The position numbers and the translations under genes are program-made. This document shows, piece after piece, positions 13,296 through 22,254 of a stretch of DNA of 64,000 nt (positions are counted from its first letter, which is position 1; each line of letters starts with the position of its first letter). The notes below the pieces were generated by a model. That model saw nothing but the letters and a program-made list of their open reading frames with translations, did no database searches and was not told where the DNA came from. The DNA is from Azolla caroliniana (lineage: Eukaryota; Plantae; Polypodiophyta), in the NCBI GenBank assembly GCA_043228905.1, contig JBHGNT010000010.1:18662001-18726000 (forward strand), given 5' to 3'.

Positions 13296-14257
13296 GAAAC
13301 TTGATTTGATCTTTCCACTCTTAAAAGCTTGAACTGATCTTTCCACTCTTAAATCTTGAACTGATCTTTCCACGCTTAAAGCTTGAACTGATCTTTCCAC
13401 TCTTAAAGCTTGAACTGATCTTTCCACTCTTAAAGCCTGATCTGATCTTTCCACTCTTAAAGCCTGATCTGATCTTTCTTCTCTTAAAGCCTGATCTGAT
13501 CTTTCCACTCCTGAAGCTTGATCCGATCTTTCTTCTCTTAAAGGTTGAACTGATCTTTCTACTCCTAAAGCTTGAACTGATTTTTCGTCTCTTAAAGCTT
13601 GAACTGATTTTTCGTCTCTTAAAGCTTGAACTGATCTTTCTTCTCTTAAAGCTTGAACTGATTTTTCGTCTCTTAAAGATTGAACTGATTTTTCTTCTCT
13701 TAAAGCTTGAACTGATCTTTCTTCTCTTAAAGCTTGAACTGATCTTTCTTCTCTTAAAGCTTGAACTGGTCTTTCTTCTCTTAAAGCCTGACCTGATCTT
13801 TCTTCTCTTAAAGCCTGATCTGATCTTTACACTCGTAAAGCTTGATCTGGTCTTTCTTCTCTTAAAGCTTGAATTGATCTTTCTTCTCTTAAAGCTTGAA
13901 CTGATCTTTCTTCTCCTAAAGCTTGAACTGATCTTTCTACTCCTAAAGCTTGAACTGATCTTTCGTCTCTAAAAGCTTGAACTCATTTTTCGACTCTTAA
14001 AGCTTGAACTAAAGCTTGATCTGGTCTTTCTTCTCTTAAAGCTTGAATTAATCTTTCTTCTCTTAAAGTTTGAACTGATCTTTCTACTCCTAAAGCTTGA
14101 ACTGATCTTTCGTCTCTTAAAGCTTAAACTGATCTTTCGTCTCTTAAAGCTTGAACTGATCTTTCGTCTCTTAAAGCTTGAACTGATCTTTCTTCTCTTA
14201 AAGCTTGAACTGATCTTTCTTCTCTTAAAGCTTGAACTGATTTTTCTTCTCTTACAG
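13296..14257 (+). repeat. 27-bp minisatellite (~35 copies, consensus CTTGAACTGATCTTTCTTCTCTTAAAG) in the SAMS 5'UTR intron
   Basis: Directly visible, with a HindIII site at most unit junctions. The last unit ends ...CTTACAG at 14257. Confidence 0.97.
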
Positions 14258-14360
14258 GTTGAGCTTATATTTTTTTTCTTAAGATTTTCATTTCTGGGTT
14301 TTTGGTGCTTTTGTGTAAGCAGTTGGAATATCCATAAAGTGTGATCATATATAGAGGGAG

Positions 14361-15827
14361 ATGGAAACATTCCTTTTCACATCCGAGTCTGTGAATGAAG
14401 GCCATCCTGATAAGCTATGTGACCAAGTGTCGGATGCAGTCTTGGATGCTTGCCTAGAGCAAGACCCCGAGAGCAAAGTTGCATGTGAGACATGCACAAA
14501 GACCAACATGGTGATGATATTTGGAGAGATCACGACGAAGGCCGTGATCGATTACGAGAAGATCGTGCGAGACACGTGTCGCGAGATTGGTTTCGTCTCT
14601 GCTGATGTTGGCCTAGATGCTGACAATTGCAAGGTATTGGTGAACATTGAGCAGCAAAGCCCGGACATTGCCCAAGGAGTCCATGGGCATTTCACAAAGA
14701 AACCCGAAGAAATCGGGGCTGGTGACCAAGGCCACATGTTCGGCTATGCCACCGATGAAACCGAGGAGCTTATGCCTCTTAGCCATGTCTTAGCCACTAA
14801 GCTTGGTGCTAAGCTCACGGAGGTACGGAAGAATGGCACGTGCTCTTGGCTACGGCCCGATGGGAAAACTCAAGTCACAGTTGAGTACAAGAATGAGGGA
14901 GGTGCAATGGTTCCGATTCGTGTTCATACTGTCTTGATCTCGACCCAACACGATGAGACGGTGACTAACGACAAGATTGCGGCCGATCTCAAGGAGTATG
15001 TGATCAAGCCCGTGATTCCGGAGAAGTATTTGGATGAGAAGACCATCTTCCACTTGAACCCATCTGGGAGGTTCGTCATTGGAGGCCCTCATGGTGATGC
15101 CGGTCTCACTGGTAGGAAGATTATCATTGATACTTATGGTGGGTGGGGAGCTCATGGTGGTGGTGCTTTCTCTGGCAAAGACCCTACCAAAGTGGATAGA
15201 AGTGGAGCTTACATTGTGAGGCAAGCTGCCAAAAGTGTTGTTGCATCAGGACTCGCCCGCCGATGCATTGTCCAGGTCTGCATAAGTTCTAAACTGATAG
15301 CCCTATATATTATATTATATATATATAATGTGCATTATAAAGGATTTTAGGATCTGGTTAAGGATTCCTGAATCAGATTTAGGATGGTAGGTCTAATTCT
15401 TGACCCCTTTAGAATTAGGATCCCTGTGTAATGTCAACTTCATAACAAACTTTGATGTGCATACATATTTAATCCTTGTACAGTTTAATTCTTGTATGGT
15501 TTAATTCCTGTATGATTTATCCTTGTATACATACATTACATTCGTGGTTTACATTTGTGCATATAGGTCTCTTATGCTATTGGTGTACCCGAGCCGCTGT
15601 CGGTGTTTGTCGACACTTATACTACCGGCAAGATCCCGGATGCTGAGATTTTGGAGATCATTAAGGAGAACTTTGATTTCCGACCAGGGATGATGGCCAT
15701 CAACCTTGACCTTCGCAGAGGCGGGAACAAGAGGTACCAGAAGACTGCGGCGTATGGACACTTTGGCCGAGATGACCCCGACTTCACATGGGAAATTGTT
15801 AAGCCCTTGAAGAGTTCCAAGGCCTAG
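14361..15827 (+). CDS. SAMS: S-adenosylmethionine synthetase (methionine adenosyltransferase), 391 aa, 2 coding exons
   Basis: Exons 14361-15275 and 15567-15827 are joined by a phase-0 GT-AG intron. Motifs [47 protein letters not shown] and TAAYGHFGR are present. Confidence 0.98.
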
Positions 15828-17784
15828 GCTTTCAGAGAGAAACAACACAAATTTGCTTAATGTATGATGATCTTTATCTTCTTTCTAAGAATTATGCAAC
15901 AATAAAACGGTTTTCCAAGTAGAGGAAGGAGGGAGGAGCACATTGGTTCCATCATGTATGAACAATCAATTATTTCATTTGTTTAAGCTCCGTAGAGCTT
16001 TTCATATATATATTTTTTAACCCCTTGCAGAAGAGATGATATTGAGTCAATGTAATGACTTCTACCTTCCATTAATTTATTTATCTTTTGGTTCATTCTC
16101 TTGGTAACCATTAAGGTAAGCATAAGGCGGTGAATCTTTACATCACCATGTTATGTCACAATCTTTTGATAACTATCTGCATGATCCATGGGTAATTTTT
16201 CTATGTCTTTACATCGCCTTGTTATATTTCACAATATTTTCAAAACTATCTGCATGATCCATGCTTATTTTTTTATATGACAAGCTTGTACAAGAAAGTT
16301 TGTTTTAGATTGCTTGGTAATACAAACAAACTACATCTTAAGACAATGAGAAGTATGTTGCATATGGCCAAGAAACTACTAAAGCTATTGTATATAATGT
16401 TGGACAGGTAGCAAGAATGGAAGATTGATATTCATTGTATGAATAGATTGTGTGATTAATCTTTAAATTTACATCTTGATGTCAAAGAAATGTGTAGGGA
16501 TAAGAACCTGGAAATCGTAACAATTAATGGAACGTTGAAACAACTTTAATGATGTGAGCTGTTGTGAGGATGCATTGCTTTGTCATATCTCAACTATATA
16601 TCAAGACAAACCACTTGGTTGAAAATCAATGAATCAAGGTGTGAATCAATCAATTCATCTTTTCATTGGTGGATGAATGACATGAAATTATCATGTTAAA
16701 CTGAAGAAACATATCTTATCTACAAGCTTCCTTGTCAAGAAATTTGCAAAGAAGGAAGCTTCCAACCACTTGTAGATGTTTCTCCTCTATATCATAAAAC
16801 TAACATGATCTTTGTGAGTGATAATCATATAAGATATGCAACGTATCTACTAAAATTTTGATAATGCATTAGCCACTTTGTTATATACCTCCAAATCTTT
16901 GGCATATGCAATATTTGCACAATCCAATGAGGTGTATATTGTTCACTTAGAAAAAGATTATATTTTGATACCGTCTCTCAAGACATGAATGGTAGATAAC
17001 ATTTCTTGTCCATACATACACGTACGATTTTTTCTTTAGATTGTCACATCATCTGCCTAACAACACTGTACAATTTCTACCTAACAAGCTTCAAGTTCTG
17101 AAGGCATTATATTGGCATCATAAAGAACACATCTTTTCATAGTCATTTGAAGTTGATGTGGTGTCGGATAAACTAAGATAAAGTAGTAGGTGCCACATGA
17201 TTTAATACATTCTTTAAGCTTAGTTCCAATAGTTATGATACATTTTTCTATTTGAACAAAGAAGTCACTTGAAGGGAATTTACATTAAGGTACACCGACC
17301 CAACTAGTTATTGGTACCTTTATCCCACTGGCACAAATGTTTGGCGCAAGGAAGTCACTAGCACCATCAACTACATATTATAGTTTGGTTGTAGTTACAA
17401 GGTACCTTTTGTCTTGCTCGTGAAAAAGTTCAACACAAGAAGACAATGCCGATATGTAGGCATATTTATTTAGTAGTGACAAGCATCCTGGGCTATAATG
17501 TGGTCCCATCTAGTTCCTAGTATCTTTCTCAATACTTGCATTGAATTTGTTTGGTTGGAACACGAAGACACACTGGCAATTGTTGGTTGGGTTGTGGACA
17601 CATCTAACAATCGGCAATGGTTTGGTTTGAACCGAACCAAACTGTGAAACCTCTGCTTAATGGCTTAACGGTTTAAATGGTTCTGTTCATTCAGGTCTAT
17701 GTTTTAATGGTTTAAAGATTTGAAAACTTGAAAACCAAAACCGAACCGCGAAACCGCCATTTTAACAGTTGGTGTGTGGGCCAG

Positions 17785-17976
17785 CCGTACTTCTGGCTAT
17801 TGGACTTTCATCATCTGGGGTGCAACACTCAACTGCTTCGCCTAGCAAGACAAAGCTCTCATCGCTCTCCCACAACCCTGCTTTCACGGTTTAGGCTATT
17901 CCCGTTTCACTCGCCGTTACTAGGGGAATCACTTTTGCTTTTTATTCCTCCGACTACTAAGATGTTTCAATTCGCC
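17785..17976 (-). pseudogene. rrn23: NUPT: fragment of plastid 23S rRNA (5' domain)
   Basis: The minus strand reads GGCGAATTGAAACATCTTAGTAGTCGGAGGAATAAAAAGCAAAAGTGATTCCCCTAGTAACGGCGAGTGAAACGGGAATAGCCTAAACCGTGAAAGCAGGGTTGTGGGAGAGCG...GAAAGTCCAATAGCC, recognisable as plastid 23S with substitutions. Confidence 0.9.
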
Positions 17977-18191
17977 TTTGCGAATGGTATTAACCCCTTC
18001 GCGAAGCTAGGAAAGGTTTGAGCTAAAAGATCGCGATTTAGAATAAGCTCATGAGGAAGGGGTATCTCTTTGGGATCAACTCCTGCATCTAATAACTTGT
18101 TAATCAGTAGTGAAACGTGTATTTGATGTCCCGTCCATGCGAGAGAACCTAAACCCAGAAGATCTGCTAGGTGGTGATTCAACATGGATTC
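17977..18191 (-). pseudogene. psaA: NUPT: fragment of plastid psaA (photosystem I P700 apoprotein A1)
   Basis: [70 protein letters not shown] is a mutated internal PsaA segment. Confidence 0.93.
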
Positions 18192-18578
18192 TTTTAAAGG
18201 TTTGAAAGTCTCTAAAACCGTTTGGTTTGAGCATGACTTTTTTTGTAAGTGTTTGATTTAAACAATTTCGTGATTTAGTTCAATTCGGTTTAAGTTTCAA
18301 AAATTTTAAACGGTTTGAGTTTGACACTCTCGAACCAAACCAAACCGCACCATTGTCAATTGCTAGACGCATTGAGGTATGGTGGGGCAAGGTGTTATAA
18401 ACAGGTGTCATTAGATGTACGAGCACGAGGTTTGGAGACACGTGGAGAATGATCGGAATCCAAGTGGTGGAGGGTACTGTCAATGCAGCTACGAGAGGGT
18501 CAAGAAGCCACGCATTTCATATCTTGTCTAGTTCCCGGCACTCGCGTGTCGTACCGTGGAGAAATGGGTTGGCATGTC

Positions 18579-18710
18579 AGGGTATTCTCGTAATTCTGAA
18601 AATATAGGGGTATTCTCGTAATTCTGAAAATATAGGGGTATTCTCGTAATTCTGAAAATATAGGGGTATTCTCGTAATTCTCAAAATGTAGGGGTATTCT
18701 TGTAATTTTG
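18579..18710 (+). repeat. 28-bp tandem repeat (~5 copies, GGGGTATTCTCGTAATTCTGAAAATATA) just upstream of the P-class PPR gene
   Basis: The TATTCT core recurs at 18583, 18611, 18639, 18667 and 18695. Confidence 0.95.
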
Positions 18711-18784
18711 AGAAACTTTAGGAAATATGCTGAAGTTTAGAACCAGGAGGAGGAGACGGAGGAGGAGGAGGTGTAGTGTGAGCT

Positions 18785-20422
18785 ATGGATCCTTCTCTTC
18801 TCTGCAGATTCAGTACTAGGGTTTCTCGTCTCATAAAATGGAACGCATATTCAGTCAGATACCTCAGCGATGCAGTCTCTGCTTCTTCTTCACTATCATC
18901 CTCTTCACCTTGGAACCTCATAGACCTTCTTCATGAGGATGATTCGGCGGCCACAGCGTCGAACAAGGCGAACCTTTATAACCCTTGCCTTACCATTTCC
19001 AATTGGTCTTCAGCGAAGAAAGATCATCATACCCACTCTCTTTCGTCTTACTCTGATTTGATACAAAAGCTGTGTGATGCCAAAATGTTTGCAAAGGTAT
19101 GGCAAGTGTTAGAAGATATGAGGTCGAAAAACTATGAAATCCCACCCTCTATGTTTGAGAGGATTGTAGAAGGGTATTGTGATGCTGGACAAGTTAAGCC
19201 GGCCATAGATGCATTTGATAAAATGTCTGGTTACAATGTTCGCCCGACCATCAAGATGTACTCGTGCCTCATTGCCCATGTTGTGCGTGTGAAACGACAC
19301 CATGTCTCTCTCCGCCTCTACAGGAGAATGATCAGTGAAGGTTTACCACCTAATGTCATAGTCTTTAGTGCCCTTATCCATGGTTATTGCCATGTGGGTG
19401 ACATAATGGAAGCTCATAAGCTTCTTGATGAGATGAAGAGAGAAGGATTGACACCGAATGAGCCCATATATAATTGTCTTATCGAAAATTTAAGCAAAGC
19501 ATGTCGGTATTATATGGCAAAAAACTTGGTCATTGAGATGAGGCAACAAGGGCTGGTACCTTCATTGATTGCTTATAATTCACTCCTTGAAGTTCTTTGC
19601 AAAGAGAGAAGGATAGTGTCAGCGCATCGGCTTTTCCAAGACATGAAGCAAGCGGGTATTTCACCCAATGTCGATACATACAATATTATGATAGATGGTT
19701 TTTTTCGAATGAATGGCGTTACAAGGGCTATGAAGCTTTACAAGCAAATGGCGAGAGCTGGATGCCCCCCTGACATCCACACTGACAAGGTCTTGTTGTC
19801 TGGTTTCACACGAACTGGAAAGCTAAGCCGGGCTATGACCTTATTAGATTCATTGGTCTCATCTGGAAGAAAAGTTGACATTATTGGTTGTAATACTATT
19901 CTTCATGACCTATGCTCGAAGAACATGAAAAAAGCTGAGGAATTTTTGAGCAAAATCTCGAATGGTATTTGCATACCCAATGCCATCACTTACACTACTT
20001 TGATGCATGGATATTGTAAGACAGGTCGGATTAATGATGCTGAACGTACTTTTCTCTTAATGAAACAGAAACAATGCAAGCCCACGAGTGTAACATATGA
20101 AGCTTTGATTTGCGCATATTGCCGAATAGAAAGAGTGAAGGCAGCCTCAGATCTTTTCGAAGAGCTAATGCAAGAAGGATTGCATATGAATAGTTCTACT
20201 TGTAATGCACTTCTTGATGGATTAAGCCGTGCTGGATTAGTTGATCATGCATTGAAATTGCTCGATTATGTTCTTGATAAGAGGCTAGTTCTTGATCCTG
20301 ACAAACTTGTTACGTTTCTGAGAGCGCTGGGGAAGCGAGGAAGAGGGCCAGAAGGGAAAAATGTATTAAGGGAAATGGCCAAAAAAGGTTGTCTAAAAGA
20401 ACCTTATGCATCGATGTTTTAA
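18785..20422 (+). CDS. P-class pentatricopeptide repeat protein, 545 aa, intronless, probably mitochondrial
   Basis: About 12 consecutive 35-aa P repeats (e.g. PNVIVFSALIHGYCHVGDIMEAHKLLDEMKREGLT) follow an Arg/Ser-rich N-terminus (MDPSLLCRFSTRVSRLIKW..RYLS). Confidence 0.95.
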   Translation: MDPSLLCRFSTRVSRLIKWNAYSVRYLSDAVSASSSLSSSSPWNLIDLLHEDDSAATASNKANLYNPCLTISNWSSAKKDHHTHSLSSYSDLIQKLCDAKMFAKVWQVLEDMRSKNYEIPPSMFERIVEGYCDAGQVKPAIDAFDKMSGYNVRPTIKMYSCLIAHVVRVKRHHVSLRLYRRMISEGLPPNVIVFSALIHGYCHVGDIMEAHKLLDEMKREGLTPNEPIYNCLIENLSKACRYYMAKNLVIEMRQQGLVPSLIAYNSLLEVLCKERRIVSAHRLFQDMKQAGISPNVDTYNIMIDGFFRMNGVTRAMKLYKQMARAGCPPDIHTDKVLLSGFTRTGKLSRAMTLLDSLVSSGRKVDIIGCNTILHDLCSKNMKKAEEFLSKISNGICIPNAITYTTLMHGYCKTGRINDAERTFLLMKQKQCKPTSVTYEALICAYCRIERVKAASDLFEELMQEGLHMNSSTCNALLDGLSRAGLVDHALKLLDYVLDKRLVLDPDKLVTFLRALGKRGRGPEGKNVLREMAKKGCLKEPYASMF

Positions 20423-22254
20423 TTTGTGAAGTGGAGCCACAAACATGTGGGGAAAAGCAATTCTTGGTTGCAATATCATCATTCTAATGGGATGATGGTA
20501 CAGACCTCATTAAGTTGCCAATTTGGATATATGATCAGCACTTTTTCCACAGCAATTCATCGTTTTGTATGAGGGACATGTAAATAAATCAGTCCACATG
20601 CAATGTGAAGACATAAATTTAGGTATTGTCTATTGACACTCTACCAGTTATGAGGAGAAATGATGAGGTTGATACATGTCGTTTTCAATACCTCTATAAT
20701 ACGGATTCTAGATAATGTGTGGCTTTTAGACTTGTCATAACCTGTGAAATTCCAGTGGATATTTCGCATTCACTTTATAATACCAGAACATTGATATACA
20801 TTGATTCAAAGGTAACCATAGAAAAGAGTGCTTGTACACAATGGTGATCTATTTATTCCTCCAAGCTCCTCATTGGTAAGCCATGTATATAATTCTCGAG
20901 GTTGGTAGCAAGTTCTACATAGCAGTTCTTGAAGTTGAAGTTCATACCTTAATTCATGCCTTCACTTTACTAGTTTATTTCTTCCTCAATGAACACCTGA
21001 ATGACTTTATCTGTAGCTTGTCTAAAATTCTGTGTCTTCATCAAAATACCATTTCTTTTAGCAAACTTCTCTCCCAATAATTCGGGCAAATTGCATAAAA
21101 TGGTTTAAGAACTGCCTCACACAAACCATATATTGGGTATGAACCAAATGGAGGTTATGAAGTACTGCCTCACATAAACCATTACCGGGGTATTAAACAG
21201 GCAGAGGTAATGATGAGTGGGCTGAGTCCAGGGTGGGATGTCACTATAAACTATCTGTAGAAGTGGTATAACTCGTAGGTTTGTACGTGATGCGAGTACC
21301 ATGACATACAATCAATGTTGCTGCCAGCAGATAATGGATTGGCAACAAAATAACTCCGTTGGTTTAGTAATCAAATAAAGATGAGAGATACTCAACACTA
21401 AAATAGTTACGAAAAGTAGGTTCCCCTCTTTTGAAATTTGCAAATCAGTAGAAATAAGCTCAGTGGTTTCAATATCTTGATTTGATGTTCATGTGCTTAA
21501 TGGATTCTAGCAAATAATCACATTGATACAATGTAGGCATCATTTTATAAAATAATGTCCCTCCGAAGCCTTAATCCAAGTACGCTTTTACTTCAATTTA
21601 TCAAGAACAAACACAAGTGCACCAACACAAAGTGATGCCATTTGAGGTTTGTTGAAATGCCATTTGCATGATGGTTAATACTTGTTTACTGGTTGGATTC
21701 AAAGTGCACCAACACAAGTTATCATTGATTTTGTTTTTTGTCGGGGAAAATTGTCTTCACCCAAATAGTATTCTGCAACGGGATTGCATTCTCTTTCTCA
21801 AAAACATATCTTAACAGTGATAGCATTCACAATCAAATACTACATGGATCTTTCAAACAGCCATCTCTTCAACGATAGCTTTCAAAGCTTACTACATGCA
21901 TGTTTCAACCCATATAAGAGTTTAAAACCCTCTTAGAATAATGCATTGGCCTCATCTTTTACAATTGTTGTCACTGAAGCCTCCAAAGATGTTCAAACTA
22001 TTTTTTTTGACTGCATTCACCCATGATCCATGTCTAGAGCTTCATTTGGGCCATATACCCACTATCTGTGCAAGCATTCTTGGATATGTGTAATCTCTTG
22101 TATGACTTCAACTGGATAGCATTCATCTTTGAATATTGACTATGCCTCCTATCTTTTCTCAAAGATGGTCATGTCATAGTAGTTCATGAGAGTTCCAATG
22201 TATTCATTGATAGCTCATCGATCCATTTCTTGGTAAACATCCAACCACTTTCCT

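Larger units (their letters stand above)
17615..18355. mobile_element. Non-autonomous TIR DNA element (hAT/MITE-like) with internal plastid-derived cargo
   Basis: Left end CAATGGTTTGGTTT; the right end reverse-complements to CAATGGTGCGGTTTGGTTT. Both arms carry many AAACCG/CGGTTT subterminal repeats. The flanking 8-mers ACAATCGG and TCAATTGC match at 5/8 positions. Confidence 0.6.

Noticed and set aside
13296-14257. CRISPR-like array or coding repeat (ORFs 13284-13508 and 13969-14370)
   Set aside because: Units are head-to-tail with no unique spacers, there are no cas genes and the context is eukaryotic. The ORFs arise because 27 is a multiple of 3.
14250-14262. METTL16/FIO1-type UACAGARAA methylation site at the SAMS acceptor
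   Set aside because: Only TACAG matches. It is followed by GTT rather than ARAA, and I see no enclosing hairpin.
17785-18191. Functional rRNA or psaA gene, or plastid contig contamination
   Set aside because: The fragments are short, mutated, fused out of plastome order and embedded in nuclear repeat arms.
21840-22250. Possible decayed PPR sequence downstream of the DYW gene (minus strand)
   Set aside because: Only vague fragments with many stops; not supportable without an HMM search.
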